Below are positions 36,654-47,056 of a stretch of 64,000 bases of DNA, in pieces (positions within the stretch are counted from its first letter, which is position 1; each line of letters opens with the position of its first letter). The notes below the pieces were generated by a model. It saw only the letters and a list, made by a program, of their open reading frames with translations. It was not told the DNA's origin and searched no databases. Where the stretch lies: NCBI GenBank assembly GCA_001798885.1, contig MGQW01000011.1:44953-108952 (forward strand). Direction: 5' to 3'. The DNA comes from Deltaproteobacteria bacterium RBG_16_64_85 (GTDB lineage: Bacteria; Desulfobacterota; Deferrimicrobia; Deferrimicrobiales; Deferrimicrobiaceae). The position numbers and the translations under genes are program-made.

Positions 36654-37702
36654 GGACCGCGGATCTCGATTACCCGCTGCCGCAGGACCGGATCGCCCAG
36701 GTCCCGGCGGAAAGGCGACGCGACGCGCGCCTGATGGCGGTGTGCAGGGAAACGGGGGAGATTCGCCACCTGCGGTTCCCGGACCTCGTCGGTCTCCTGC
36801 GCCGGGGCGATCTCCTCGTGCTGAACGACACGAAGGTGATCCGGGGCCGCCTGCGCGCGAGAAAGGCGACCGGGGCGGCGGTCGAGATCTTCCTGCTTGC
36901 CCCCCTCGATGGGCGGGAGCCCGGAGGAGAAACGTGGGAAGCCCTGGCCCGGCCGTCGAACCGGCTCAAGGAAGGAATGCACTTCCGGGTGGGAGGGGAT
37001 CTCTCCGTCCTGCTCTTGCGCCGGTTGGGGGAAGGGCGGTGGTCGGTGCGTCTTTCCGCCCGCGGGTCCGTCCACGAGGTCCTTGAGCGTACGGGGGAGG
37101 TCCCCCTCCCGCCCTATATCCGAAGAAGGGCGGGGGATCCTCTGCTTTCGACGGACGCAGAGCGGTACCAGACGGTGTACGCGCGGCGCCCGGGCTCCGT
37201 CGCGGCGCCCACCGCGGGGCTGCACTTCGATGGGAAAATGCTCGCGGAAATCGCCGGCGTCGGCGTGTCGACGGCCACGGTGACCCTGTCGATCGGGTAC
37301 GGGACGTTCTCCACGATCCGCGCCGCGGACGTGGAGCACCACGAGATCCACCCGGAGGAGTACCGCCTGGGGAGCGAGACGGCGGCCGCGGTCGCCGCGG
37401 CGAGGAACGGCGGGGGAAGAGTCGTGGCGGTGGGGACGACGAGCGTCCGGACCCTGGAGTCGTGCGCGGGACCGGACGGACGGGTCGCGCCGTCCGAAAG
37501 TACGACGCGTCTGTTCATCACACCCGGGTACCGGTTCCGCGCCGTCGATGTCCTCCTGACCAATTTCCACCTCCCCCGGTCGAGCCTGCTGGCGCTCGTG
37601 ATGGCGTTCGGCGGCGTGGAGCTGATCCGGGAGGCCTACCGGAAGGCGGTTTCGGAGCGGTACCGGTTTTTCAGCTACGGCGACGCCATGCTCGTTTTTT
37701 AG
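36650..37702 (+). CDS. queA: S-adenosylmethionine:tRNA ribosyltransferase-isomerase
   Basis: 'DLDYPLPQDRIAQ', 'LVLNDTKVI', and 'TTSVRTLES' are strongly conserved QueA motifs. The only in-frame start near the conserved N-terminus is CTG at 36650, overlapping the spoIID stop. Confidence 0.85.
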   Translation: MRTADLDYPLPQDRIAQVPAERRRDARLMAVCRETGEIRHLRFPDLVGLLRRGDLLVLNDTKVIRGRLRARKATGAAVEIFLLAPLDGREPGGETWEALARPSNRLKEGMHFRVGGDLSVLLLRRLGEGRWSVRLSARGSVHEVLERTGEVPLPPYIRRRAGDPLLSTDAERYQTVYARRPGSVAAPTAGLHFDGKMLAEIAGVGVSTATVTLSIGYGTFSTIRAADVEHHEIHPEEYRLGSETAAAVAAARNGGGRVVAVGTTSVRTLESCAGPDGRVAPSESTTRLFITPGYRFRAVDVLLTNFHLPRSSLLALVMAFGGVELIREAYRKAVSERYRFFSYGDAMLVF

Positions 37703-37730
37703 GGACCGCTCCGGTTTTTAGGAGTCACGA

Positions 37731-38840
37731 TTGCCGATTTCCTTTACCGTGACCGCCCGCGATCCCGGGACAGCCGCCCGGACCGGGACGGTTTCGAGCG
37801 AGCACGGAACGTTTTCCACGCCGGCGTTCCTGCCGGTGGGAACCGCGGCCGCGGTCAAGGGGGTATGGCCCGGCCAGCTGACGGAAATGGGGTATGGGTG
37901 CGTCCTGTCCAACACCTATCACCTGTACCTGCGGCCAGGGCACGAACGGGTCCGGCGGCTGGGCGGACTGCACCGGTTCATGGGATGGGATGCCTCCCTC
38001 CTGACCGACAGCGGGGGGTACCAGGTGTTTTCCTTGAGCTCCCTGCGAAAGGTGACGGACGACGCGGTGACCTTCCGGTCCCACATCGACGGCTCGCTTC
38101 ATGTCCTGTCGCCGGAGCTCGCCGTTTCGGCGCAGGAGGCGCTGGGGTCGGATATCCGGATGGTCCTGGACGAATGCGTCGAGTACCCGGCGGGGCGCCG
38201 CGAGGTGGAGGAAGCGGTGCGGCGGACGACCGGGTGGGCGCGCAGGAGCCTTGTCGCCAACCGCCGCGAGGAGGGAGGGTTGTTCGGGATCGTCCAAGGC
38301 GGGATGTTCCCGGACCTGCGAAAACGCAGCGTGGAGGAGATCTGCTCGCTGGATTTCCCCGGCTACGCCATCGGTGGGGTGAGCGTCGGAGAAGGGAAGG
38401 AGCTCCAGCGGGAAATGGTGGCCCTCGCCGCCCCGCTTTTGCCCGCGGAGAAACCGAGGTATCTGATGGGCGTGGGGACGCCGGCCGACATCCTCTTTGC
38501 CGTCTCCTGCGGTGTGGACCTGTTCGACTGCGTACTGCCCACCCGCAACGCACGCAACGGGATGCTGTTCACTTCGGCGGGACCGCTCGTCATCAAGCAG
38601 GCGCGCTACGCCGAAGACCCCCTCCCTCCCGACGGGAAGTGCGGCTGCCCGACCTGCCGCTCCTTCTCCCGGGCCTATCTGCGCCATCTCTACCTGCAGA
38701 AGGAGATCCTGTCCTCGATGCTTTTAACCGTACACAACCTGCACTTCTACGCCCGGTGGATGGAGAGGATCCGCCAGGCAATTTTGGTTGGAAATTTCGG
38801 GGAATTTATGAAAGAATCACACGGTTCCGGCAACGATTAG
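37731..38840 (+). CDS. tgt: Queuine tRNA-ribosyltransferase
   Basis: 'FSTPAFLPVGT', 'DSGGYQV', and the zinc site 'CGCPTC' are conserved. TTG start. Confidence 0.9.
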   Translation: MPISFTVTARDPGTAARTGTVSSEHGTFSTPAFLPVGTAAAVKGVWPGQLTEMGYGCVLSNTYHLYLRPGHERVRRLGGLHRFMGWDASLLTDSGGYQVFSLSSLRKVTDDAVTFRSHIDGSLHVLSPELAVSAQEALGSDIRMVLDECVEYPAGRREVEEAVRRTTGWARRSLVANRREEGGLFGIVQGGMFPDLRKRSVEEICSLDFPGYAIGGVSVGEGKELQREMVALAAPLLPAEKPRYLMGVGTPADILFAVSCGVDLFDCVLPTRNARNGMLFTSAGPLVIKQARYAEDPLPPDGKCGCPTCRSFSRAYLRHLYLQKEILSSMLLTVHNLHFYARWMERIRQAILVGNFGEFMKESHGSGND

Positions 38841-38858
38841 TCCCTCGCGGAGGTCACG

Positions 38859-39206
38859 ATGATGCTCGTACTCGGTGTTGCGTACGCAATGGGATCGAAG
38901 GGCGTGGGAGGAGGCGGTGGAATCGAGGTCCTCGCCCTGCCCTTGCTCTTTTTCGGGATCTTCTACCTTCTGGTCTTCCGCCCCCAGCAGAAGCAGGCGA
39001 AGAAGCAGCGCGAGTTCCTGCAGAACATCAAGGTCGGAGACCGCGTGGTGACGAGCGGCGGACTGCACGGAGAGATCACGGGGCTGACCGACACGACGAT
39101 CACCCTGGAGATCGCCGACAGGGTGCGCGTCAAGGTGACCCGTTCCGCGGTGACGGGAAAGAGCCAGGAGGCGGCGGCCCCGGAAGCCAAGACGGCCAAG
39201 GGGTAG
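38859..39206 (+). CDS. yajC: Preprotein translocase subunit YajC
   Basis: Single TM helix plus 'VGDRVVTSGGLHGEI'. 115 aa, upstream of secDF. Confidence 0.85.
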   Translation: MMLVLGVAYAMGSKGVGGGGGIEVLALPLLFFGIFYLLVFRPQQKQAKKQREFLQNIKVGDRVVTSGGLHGEITGLTDTTITLEIADRVRVKVTRSAVTGKSQEAAAPEAKTAKG

Positions 39207-39237
39207 GTATCAGGACGAAAGGAGCGATTCAAGGGAG

Positions 39238-40833
39238 ATGTGGAAGAGCATCCGGTGGAGGACCACGCTCATCGCCGTGTTGACCGCGGTCTCCATCGCG
39301 GCCGTGCTGCCGAGCCTGACGGACAACCTGCCGGACACCTGGAAGAAGATGCCCAAGATCCACCTGGGGCTGGACCTCCAGGGCGGGGTTTTCCTCCGGC
39401 TGGCCGTGGAGATCGAAAAGGCCATCGAGAACACGACGCTGCGGTACGCCGACGACGCGCGCGCGATCTGCCGGGAGAAGGGGATCCCCGTTCTGGGGTG
39501 GCAGAAGGAAGGATCGGACGGGTTCTCGCTCAAGTTCCCTCCCGGCGACTTCGCGGGACGGGCCATGACCGTGCTGAAGGACGAGCTGGGTTCCCTCGAC
39601 TTCGCGCTCGGCGAGACGAAGCCCGAGGGCGCGACGATCATCGGCCGGATGAAGCCGGCCGAGGTCCAGGCGATCCGTGCGAACGCCGTGGGGCAGGGCG
39701 TCGAGACGATCCGAAACCGCATCGACCAGTTCGGGGTGCGCGAGCCGCAGATCGTGGCGGAAGGCGAGGACCGCATCGTCGTCCAGCTCCCGGGGGTCAA
39801 GGACCAGCAGCGCGCCATCGAGCTGGTGGGCAAGACCGCGCTCCTCGAATTCAAGCTGGTGGACGAAGGGGCGAGCGTCGAAGAAGCGCTGAAGGGGAAT
39901 ATCCCCGAGGACGACGAGATCCTCTACCAGAGAGCCGTGGACCCGCAGACCGGGCGGACCAGCAAGACGCCCCTGCTGGTGAAGAAACGGGCCGTATTGA
40001 CCGGGGACACGATCAAGACGGCCAAGGTGAACTTCGGATCGCAGCGCGGGGGGGGCGCCTACGTTTCGATCTCTTTCGACGCGCGGGGCACGAAGATCTT
40101 CGACCGGGTCACCGCCGAGAACGTGAAACGCCGGCTGGCGATCGTCCTCGACGGCACCGTCTATTCGGCCCCCGTCATCCAGGAGCGGATCTCCGGCGGA
40201 GAGGCGCAGATCACCGGCGACTTCACCGCCGAGCAGGCCTCCGACCTGGCGATCGTCCTGCGGGCGGGGTCGCTGCCCGCCCCCGTCAAGGTGATACAGA
40301 ACGTCACCGTGGGCCCGTCGCTGGGGCTGGACTCCATCCAGAAAGGGGTGCGCGCGGCCCTCATCGGCGCATTCCTCGTGGTGGCCTTCATGGCGGTCTA
40401 CTACCGCTTCGCGGGGCTGGTGGCCAACTTCGCCCTGATCTTCAACATCCTCTATCTGCTGGCAGGGATGGCGCTCCTGGAGGCGACCCTCACCCTTCCG
40501 GGAATCGCCGGCATCATCCTGGCCATCGGGATGGCGGTCGACTCCAACGTACTGATCTTCGAGCGCATCCGGGAGGAGATCCGGACGAAGAAGACGGTTC
40601 GGGCGTCGATCGACGCGGGCTACGAAAAAGCGTTCTGGACGGTGGTCGACTCCCACGTGACGACGCTCATCACCTCGATGATCCTGTTCCAGTTCGGGAC
40701 CGGCCCGATCAAGGGGTTCGCCGTAACGCTCTCCATGGGCGTGGCGATCAATCTCTTCACGGCGCTCGTGTGCACCAAGGTGGTGTTCGACTACCTCAAC
40801 GCCCGGCGGCCGATGCAGGCGCTGAGCATCTAG
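39238..40833 (+). CDS. secD: Protein translocase subunit SecD
   Basis: 531 aa with N-terminal TM helix, a periplasmic domain, and six C-terminal TM helices. Conserved SecD sequence. Confidence 0.92.
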   Translation: MWKSIRWRTTLIAVLTAVSIAAVLPSLTDNLPDTWKKMPKIHLGLDLQGGVFLRLAVEIEKAIENTTLRYADDARAICREKGIPVLGWQKEGSDGFSLKFPPGDFAGRAMTVLKDELGSLDFALGETKPEGATIIGRMKPAEVQAIRANAVGQGVETIRNRIDQFGVREPQIVAEGEDRIVVQLPGVKDQQRAIELVGKTALLEFKLVDEGASVEEALKGNIPEDDEILYQRAVDPQTGRTSKTPLLVKKRAVLTGDTIKTAKVNFGSQRGGGAYVSISFDARGTKIFDRVTAENVKRRLAIVLDGTVYSAPVIQERISGGEAQITGDFTAEQASDLAIVLRAGSLPAPVKVIQNVTVGPSLGLDSIQKGVRAALIGAFLVVAFMAVYYRFAGLVANFALIFNILYLLAGMALLEATLTLPGIAGIILAIGMAVDSNVLIFERIREEIRTKKTVRASIDAGYEKAFWTVVDSHVTTLITSMILFQFGTGPIKGFAVTLSMGVAINLFTALVCTKVVFDYLNARRPMQALSI

Positions 40834-40857
40834 GAAGGACAGGGAAAGCCAGCAGCC

Positions 40858-41772
40858 ATGATGGAGCTCATCAAAAACACCCGCATCGACTTCATGGGGA
40901 TCAGGAAGTACGCGTTCGCCTTCTCGTGCGTGCTGGTTCTGCTCGGGCTGTTCGGCGTCGTCCAGATCTACCGGGGGCACGCCAACTTGGGGATCGACCT
41001 GGCGGGCGGTACCTCCATACAGCTGAAATTCGGGAAGCCCGTGTCGATGGACCGGATCCGCCAGCTGCTGGCGGGGGCGGGGCACGGGGAGGCGAACCTG
41101 CAGGAGGTCCCGGGGGAGAACATCCTGATCATCAAGGTGGGGGCGAGGGGCAAGGAGGAGAAGATGATCTCCGACCAGGTGGTGAACCTTCTCCGCCAGA
41201 AGTTCCCCGACAACCAGGGCACGGTGGAGAGCGTCGCCGAGATCGGGCCGGCGATCGGCAGGAAGCTTCGCTCGGACGCGATCCTGGCGCTGGCGGTATC
41301 CGCGCTGGCGATCATCGTGTACCTCGCGTGGCGGTTCGAGTTCAAGTTCGGCGTCGCCGCGGCGGTCGCAACGTTCCACGACGTGGCGGCCCTCGTGGGG
41401 ATTTTCTACCTGCTCGGGAAGGAGATGGACCTCCTCTTCATCACGGCCCTCCTGACCATCGGCGGCTACTCGCTCACCGACACGGTCGTGGTCTTCGACC
41501 GGATCCGGGAGAACATCCGCCTGAGGAAGAAAAAGACCTTCTCCGAGACGATCAACCTGAGCGTGAACGAGGTCCTGAGCCGCACGATCGTCACCTCCCT
41601 GACGGTGTTCCTGACCTGCGTCGCGCTGCTCTTCTTCGGCGGCGTCGTCCTGAAAGAGTTTGCGCTGGCCCTCACGATCGGGGTGGTCGTGGGGACCTAC
41701 TCTTCCATCTTCGTCGCCAGCCCGATCGTCGCGATCTGGCGGGGGGAGAAGATGGTCGAGGTGAAAAGGTAA
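40858..41772 (+). CDS. secF: Protein translocase subunit SecF
   Basis: 304 aa. SecF fold, immediately following secD. Confidence 0.92.
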   Translation: MMELIKNTRIDFMGIRKYAFAFSCVLVLLGLFGVVQIYRGHANLGIDLAGGTSIQLKFGKPVSMDRIRQLLAGAGHGEANLQEVPGENILIIKVGARGKEEKMISDQVVNLLRQKFPDNQGTVESVAEIGPAIGRKLRSDAILALAVSALAIIVYLAWRFEFKFGVAAAVATFHDVAALVGIFYLLGKEMDLLFITALLTIGGYSLTDTVVVFDRIRENIRLRKKKTFSETINLSVNEVLSRTIVTSLTVFLTCVALLFFGGVVLKEFALALTIGVVVGTYSSIFVASPIVAIWRGEKMVEVKR

Positions 41773-41775
41773 GGG

Positions 41776-43536
41776 GTGGAGGAGCGAACCCGACGAGAGT
41801 GGGCGCTCCGGACCCCTGACCGATCGCTCGTCCGGGAGATCTGCGGTAAAACCGGGCTTTCTCCCACCGCGGCCAAGATCCTGGCCAACCGCGGGATCGC
41901 CGGCGACGGCGAGACCGACCGCTTCCTCTCCGGGACCCTGCGGGACATTTCTTCTCCCTGGTTGATGAAGGACCTCGAGAAAGCGGCGCTGCGCCTGATC
42001 GAGGCGGGCCGACGGAAGGAGCCGGTGCTGATCTACGCCGATTACGACGTGGACGGCGCAACCGGCGCCGCCTGCCTGTTCCTCTTCCTCCAGGAGGCCT
42101 TCCCCGGGCTCCCGGTGCGGATCCACCAGAATCACCGGGTCGTGGACGGCTACGGGCTGCGTCCCGAGCACCTGGACGCCGCCGCGGCCTCCGGGGTCAA
42201 GCTCGTCGTGACGGTCGACTGCGGCATTTCCGACATCGAGGCGATCGGGCGCGCGGCCGCGCGCGGGGTGGATGGGATCGTGACCGACCACCATCTCCCG
42301 GGCCCGGCGCTTCCTCCGGCGGTCGCCGTCCTCAATCCCAAGCGGCGCGATTGCGGGTTCCCGGAGAAGGATCTGGCCGGCGTGGGGGTGGTGTTCACGC
42401 TGCTGCGCGGCCTCCGCGCGCTGCTGCGCGGCGACGGATCGCACGCGGGAGAGGCGGACGCAGGCCTTCGCCGCTTTCTCGACCTCGTTGCGCTGGGCAC
42501 CGTTGCGGATATGGTCCCCTTGCGGGGGGACAACCGCATCCTCGTGAAGGAGGGGATTCACGAGATCCGGGAGCATCCCCGCGCGGGAGTGACCGCCCTC
42601 CTGTCGGTGGCGGGCATCGATCCGGGAACGGCGAACGAGTCCGACCTGGGATTCCGGGTCGGACCGAGGCTGAATGCGGCCGGCAGGGTGGGGGAATCCC
42701 GCCGCAGCTCCGACATTCTGGTCACCGGCGACCGCGACGAAGCCTGTCGGATTGCCGCCGAGCTCAACGTCGACAACTCCCGCCGGCAGCGGGAGGAGGA
42801 GCGGATCCTGCGTTCCGCCGAGGCGGCTCTCCTTTCGGGCCCTCCCGCCTCCGGCCTGGGCGCCATCGTGCTGGCCGATCCGGACTGGCATCCCGGGGTG
42901 CTGGGGATCGTGGCCTCCAAGCTGGCGGAGAGGTTCTTCCGCCCCACGGTCCTCCTGCGGCTGGAAAACGCGGAGGCCAGGGGGTCCTGCCGCAGCGTCG
43001 ACGGCTTCCCGTTGGTGGACGCCCTCGAGGAGCTGTCCGCCCTCCTCTTCCGCTACGGGGGGCACAGCCAGGCGGCGGGCCTTGCCCTCCCTGTGGAGAA
43101 CCTGCCCGCGTTCCGCGAGGGGATGAACCGCATCGCCCGCGGTTACGCCTCGATGCGGGGGGGCGCTCCCGGCAAGCCGGTGGACGCGCAGGTCGGGCTC
43201 GGCGACCTCACCCCGGGATTCATGGAGGAGCTGGAGCGCATGCGCCCGTTCGGCATGGGGAACGAGGAGCCGGTCCTCCTCGCGCGAAGGCTCCGGGTCA
43301 CGCGGAAAAAATCGTTCGGGGCCAGCGGGCAGCATCTAAAATTCGAGGTGGCGGACGACAACCGGAGGTTCGAGGTGGTGGCGTTCCACCACCCGGCGCT
43401 TTCCGTGGGGCCGGAGGGGTACGTGGACCTGCTGTTCACCCCCCAGAGGGTCTATTTCCGGGGGAACAGGAGCTTGCGCCTTCTCCTCCGCGACGTCCGC
43501 CCGTCGGGCGGAGACACTCCTCAACGAGGGACTTGA
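41776..43536 (+). CDS. recJ: Single-stranded-DNA-specific exonuclease RecJ
   Basis: DHH motifs 'YADYDVDG', 'VTDHH' and a DHHA1 domain. GTG start. Confidence 0.9.
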   Translation: MEERTRREWALRTPDRSLVREICGKTGLSPTAAKILANRGIAGDGETDRFLSGTLRDISSPWLMKDLEKAALRLIEAGRRKEPVLIYADYDVDGATGAACLFLFLQEAFPGLPVRIHQNHRVVDGYGLRPEHLDAAAASGVKLVVTVDCGISDIEAIGRAAARGVDGIVTDHHLPGPALPPAVAVLNPKRRDCGFPEKDLAGVGVVFTLLRGLRALLRGDGSHAGEADAGLRRFLDLVALGTVADMVPLRGDNRILVKEGIHEIREHPRAGVTALLSVAGIDPGTANESDLGFRVGPRLNAAGRVGESRRSSDILVTGDRDEACRIAAELNVDNSRRQREEERILRSAEAALLSGPPASGLGAIVLADPDWHPGVLGIVASKLAERFFRPTVLLRLENAEARGSCRSVDGFPLVDALEELSALLFRYGGHSQAAGLALPVENLPAFREGMNRIARGYASMRGGAPGKPVDAQVGLGDLTPGFMEELERMRPFGMGNEEPVLLARRLRVTRKKSFGASGQHLKFEVADDNRRFEVVAFHHPALSVGPEGYVDLLFTPQRVYFRGNRSLRLLLRDVRPSGGDTPQRGT

Positions 43537-43572
43537 TACAGGGATGTCCCCCAGGGGAATGTCCCCTGTGGG

Positions 43573-44058
43573 ATGTCGCCCGCCATACGGGTGAGGGGGA
43601 GAGGGGAAGTGCTGGGCTGGGGGAAGATCCGAGACAAGCTCCGCGAGGCATTCTCGGGGGAGATGGACGAGAAGGCGCTGGCCGCAGGCTTCGCCGTGGG
43701 GGTCTTCTTCAGCTTCTCGCCGCTGGTTTCCCTTCACACCGTCCTGGCGCTCCTGGTGGCGTTGATCTTCCGGCTCAGCAAGATCGCTGCGGCCGCCGGC
43801 GTGTGGGTGAACAATCCCTACACGATGCCCTTCGTGTTCTACGGCTGTCTCCGGCTCGGCGAGTGGATGCTGGGCAGCGGCTTTCACCCGCTGGCGTGCG
43901 AGCGGTGGACGCTCGACGCCATCCTCCGGGCGGCCATGCCCTGCATCGCCCCGCTGATGCTGGGAACCACGGTCGTCGGGCTGATCGCCGCTGTGGTCGC
44001 TTACGGGATTGTCTATCGGATCGCCGTCAGGGTAAAATCTGCGCGGCGGAACACATAA
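43573..44058 (+). CDS. DUF2062-family small membrane protein
   Basis: Two-TM topology with '[12 protein letters not shown]' and '[11 protein letters not shown]' segments, consistent with DUF2062. The true start may be the internal GTG. Confidence 0.5.
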   Translation: MSPAIRVRGRGEVLGWGKIRDKLREAFSGEMDEKALAAGFAVGVFFSFSPLVSLHTVLALLVALIFRLSKIAAAAGVWVNNPYTMPFVFYGCLRLGEWMLGSGFHPLACERWTLDAILRAAMPCIAPLMLGTTVVGLIAAVVAYGIVYRIAVRVKSARRNT

Positions 44059-44106
44059 GAACCCCGCGTTTTGCGGCGGGCCGCCGTCCGCAAAGGAGGA
44101 CCTCCC

Positions 44107-44997
44107 GTGAAGCCTTACTCGGTCAGTTTCGGAGGGATCACCGACAAGTATTCCTCCTGGAAGAATTCGTCCTTCGCCGTCATCCCGTTCCCGATCGACC
44201 TGACGACCACCTACATGGGGGGCGCCCGCAACGGCCCCCGGGCGATCCTGGAGGCTTCCAGCCACATGGAGCTCTTCGACGAGGAGAACAAGATCGAGCC
44301 GTACCGGGCGGGGATCTTCACCTCCTCGGAATTCCCCCTGTTGACGTCCGGACCGCTCTCCATGCTGAAGCAGGTGGAGCGCAGGTTCCGCTCGGTCATC
44401 AAGGCCGGCAAGTTTCCCGTTCTCCTGGGCGGGGAGCATTCCGGGACCTGCGGCGCCGTGGCCGCGCTCCGGAAGAAATATGGGGAGCTGACGGTGCTCC
44501 AGTTCGACGCGCACGCGGACCTCAGGGACTCCTACCTCGGGACTCCCTGGAACCACGCCTGCGTCGGGCGGCGGATCGTGGACTCCGGCGCGAAGCTCGT
44601 CCAGGTGGGGATCCGCAGCATGTCGGAAGAGGAGGACCGCTTCCTGAAGAAGTCGGAGAGCGTGAAGACGTTCTATGCCTCGGAGCTCAGGGAGAGCCTG
44701 GGCGACGTCACCAAGGGAATCGTCAGCAGCCTTTCCGGCAACGTGTACATCACCTTCGACCTGGACGCCTTCGACCCGGGGATCATGCCTTCCGTGGGGA
44801 CGCCGGAGCCGGGAGGCTTGAGCTGGTTCGAAGCCGTCGACATTCTCCGCGACGTCATGCTGTCCAACTGCAACATCGTCGGGTTCGACATCATGGAGCT
44901 GGCGCCGATCCCCGGGATGATCGCCCCGGATTTTCTCGTCGCCAAGCTGTGCTACCGCATGATGGGTTGGGTCCTCGCGAAGCGAGAGGAAAAATAG
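44107..44997 (+). CDS. speB: Agmatinase (arginase/ureohydrolase family)
   Basis: Mn-binding motifs 'GGEHS', 'DAHADL', 'SFDLDAFDP'. A strong RBS AAAGGAGGA precedes the GTG at 44107. Confidence 0.8.
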   Translation: MKPYSVSFGGITDKYSSWKNSSFAVIPFPIDLTTTYMGGARNGPRAILEASSHMELFDEENKIEPYRAGIFTSSEFPLLTSGPLSMLKQVERRFRSVIKAGKFPVLLGGEHSGTCGAVAALRKKYGELTVLQFDAHADLRDSYLGTPWNHACVGRRIVDSGAKLVQVGIRSMSEEEDRFLKKSESVKTFYASELRESLGDVTKGIVSSLSGNVYITFDLDAFDPGIMPSVGTPEPGGLSWFEAVDILRDVMLSNCNIVGFDIMELAPIPGMIAPDFLVAKLCYRMMGWVLAKREEK

Positions 44998-45026
44998 GGT
45001 CTGCCCCCGCAAAGGAGAATCCGCCG

Positions 45027-45566
45027 ATGTTCGTGCCCTCGAAGATCTTCTTCACCAAGGGTGTCGGGCGACACCGGGAGCAGCTGACCTCGTTCGAGCT
45101 CGCCCTGCGGGACGCCGGGATCGAGAAATACAACCTGGTGCAGGTGTCGAGCATCTTCCCGCCCAAGTGCAGGATCATCAAGAAGGAGGAGGGCTTAAAG
45201 CTCCTCACGTCGGGGGAGATCGTGTTCGTCGTCATGAGCCGGTGCCAGAGCGACGAGCCTCGGAGGCTGATCGCCGCGTCGGTGGGATGCGCGCTTCCCT
45301 CCGACCGCGACGTGTACGGCTACCTGAGCGAGCACCACGCCTACGGACAGACCGAGAAAGTCGCCGGGGATTATTCCGAAGACCTCGCCGCCGCGATGCT
45401 CGCCTCGACGCTGGGCATCGAGTTCGACGAGGAAAAAAGCTGGGATGAGAAGAAAGAGGTGTGGAAGATCAGCGGGAAGATCTACCGGTCCTTCAACATC
45501 ACCCAGTCGGCGATCGTGCGGGACGAGTACACGACCGTAATCGCGGCTGCCGTCCTGGTCATCTGA
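45027..45566 (+). CDS. pdaD: Pyruvoyl-dependent arginine decarboxylase (PdaD)
   Basis: '[16 protein letters not shown]…' with a self-cleavage serine region, about 180 aa, typical of archaeal-type PdaD. Sits downstream of agmatinase. Confidence 0.78.
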   Translation: MFVPSKIFFTKGVGRHREQLTSFELALRDAGIEKYNLVQVSSIFPPKCRIIKKEEGLKLLTSGEIVFVVMSRCQSDEPRRLIAASVGCALPSDRDVYGYLSEHHAYGQTEKVAGDYSEDLAAAMLASTLGIEFDEEKSWDEKKEVWKISGKIYRSFNITQSAIVRDEYTTVIAAAVLVI

Positions 45567-45585
45567 TCCGTAAATGGGAGGCGGC

Positions 45586-46578
45586 ATGAGAGGAGCGAAA
45601 ATCCTGGGAACCGGCAGGGCGCTGCCCCCGCGGGTGGTGACCAACGCCGACCTGATGAAATGCATGGACACCACGGAGGAGTGGATCGTGCAGCGCACCG
45701 GGATCCGGGAGCGGCGTTTCGTCGACCCGGGGACCGGGACCGCCGACCTGGGGACCGAGGCCGCGCGTGCCGCCGTTGCCCGCGCCGGTCTTTCCCTCTC
45801 CGATATCGATTTCATCGTTTTTGCCACCGTCTCGCCGGATTACTTCTTCCCGGGCGGAGGGGTGTTCGTCCAGGAAAAGCTCGGGCTCCCCACGATTGGC
45901 GCCCTCGACGTCCGGACGCAGTGCACCGGTTTCCTCTACGGGATCTCGGTGGCCGAGGCCTACATCAAAGGCGGGTTCTTCAACCACGTCTTGGTCATCG
46001 GCTCCGAAGTCCAGAGCACGGGTCTGAATCTGAGCACCCCGGCGCGGGATGTCTCGGTCATCTTCGGGGACGGGGCCGGGGCTGCGGTCGTGGGGCCGGC
46101 CGAGGCGGGGAAGGGGATCCTCTCCTCCCACCTTCACGCGGAGGGGAAGTACGCAAAAGACTTGATGTGCGAGGGGCCTTCCTCCATCGAGCACCCGCGC
46201 TTAAGCCACGAGATGCTGGACGCCGGGCGCCACTTTCCGAGGATGAACGGACGGTATGTGTTCACCCACGCGGTGCGGAGGTTCCCCGAGGTGATCCGCG
46301 AGGCGCTCGCGGCGAACGGGGTGTCGATCGCGGACCTGTCCCTCGTCATCCCGCACCAGGCGAACCTGAGGATCACCCAGGCCGTGGCCGGTGCCCTGGA
46401 GGTCCCCGAGGGAATGGTCTACTCGAACATCGAGAAGTACGGGAACACCACCGCCGCCTCGATCCCCATCGCCCTCGACGAGTGCGTCGAGCAGGGGAGG
46501 ATCCGGGAGGGGGACCTCGTGTGCCTCGCGGCCTTCGGATCGGGGTTCACCTGGGCCGCGACGCTGATCCGCTGGTAG
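45586..46578 (+). CDS. fabH: 3-oxoacyl-[ACP] synthase III
   Basis: Catalytic Cys region 'DVRTQCTGFLYG' and His/Asn 'IPHQANLRI…GNTTAASIP'. The start is the second ATG, after GGGAGG. Confidence 0.9.
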   Translation: MRGAKILGTGRALPPRVVTNADLMKCMDTTEEWIVQRTGIRERRFVDPGTGTADLGTEAARAAVARAGLSLSDIDFIVFATVSPDYFFPGGGVFVQEKLGLPTIGALDVRTQCTGFLYGISVAEAYIKGGFFNHVLVIGSEVQSTGLNLSTPARDVSVIFGDGAGAAVVGPAEAGKGILSSHLHAEGKYAKDLMCEGPSSIEHPRLSHEMLDAGRHFPRMNGRYVFTHAVRRFPEVIREALAANGVSIADLSLVIPHQANLRITQAVAGALEVPEGMVYSNIEKYGNTTAASIPIALDECVEQGRIREGDLVCLAAFGSGFTWAATLIRW

Positions 46579-46579
46579 C

Positions 46580-47056
46580 GTGGGGAAGCTTCTGCGCGTC
46601 AGGATCCGGGAGATGGAGCCGGGAGATCTCGACGAGGTGATGGCGATCGAGGAGGTTTCGTTTCCCACGCCGTGGCCCCGCAGGCTCTTCGAGGAAGAGA
46701 TCGTCCGGGAATTTTCGGACGCCCTCGTCGCGGCCCCCGCGGAAGGGGAGGGCGTCCTGGGATACTCGGTCTGCTGGACCGTGGCGGACGAGTCCCACCT
46801 GTTGAACATCGCGGTCCGGCCGGATGTGCGCGAGCGCGGCGTGGGCGGCGCGCTCCTCGGGGCATGCATGCTTCGGTCCGCCCGGGCAGGGGCCGTCCGC
46901 ATCCACCTGGAAGTGCGCGCCGGGAACACTCCCGCCATCCGGATGTATGAGCGGGAGGGGTTTTCCTTCCTGGGGATTCGAAGAGGATATTACGCGGATA
47001 CCGGAGAAGACGCGGTTCTTCTCTCCCGGGAGCTTCGGAGGTCGGATGTCCCATAG
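46580..47056 (+). CDS. rimI: Ribosomal-protein-alanine N-acetyltransferase RimI (GNAT)
   Basis: GNAT motif A 'VRPDVRERGVGGALL' and 'YEREGF'. 158 aa. Confidence 0.8.
   Translation: MGKLLRVRIREMEPGDLDEVMAIEEVSFPTPWPRRLFEEEIVREFSDALVAAPAEGEGVLGYSVCWTVADESHLLNIAVRPDVRERGVGGALLGACMLRSARAGAVRIHLEVRAGNTPAIRMYEREGFSFLGIRRGYYADTGEDAVLLSRELRRSDVP

Noticed and set aside
39229-43335. Very long ORFs antisense to real genes: 1368 aa opposite secD-secF-recJ, 1275 aa opposite infB, 828 aa opposite valS, 773 aa opposite pnp, and 559 aa opposite bamA
   Set aside because: All lie exactly antisense to strongly conserved housekeeping genes. Their translations are Arg/Pro/Gly-rich low-complexity sequences with no motifs. 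They are the expected stop-codon-poor shadow frames of a high-GC, GC3-biased genome.
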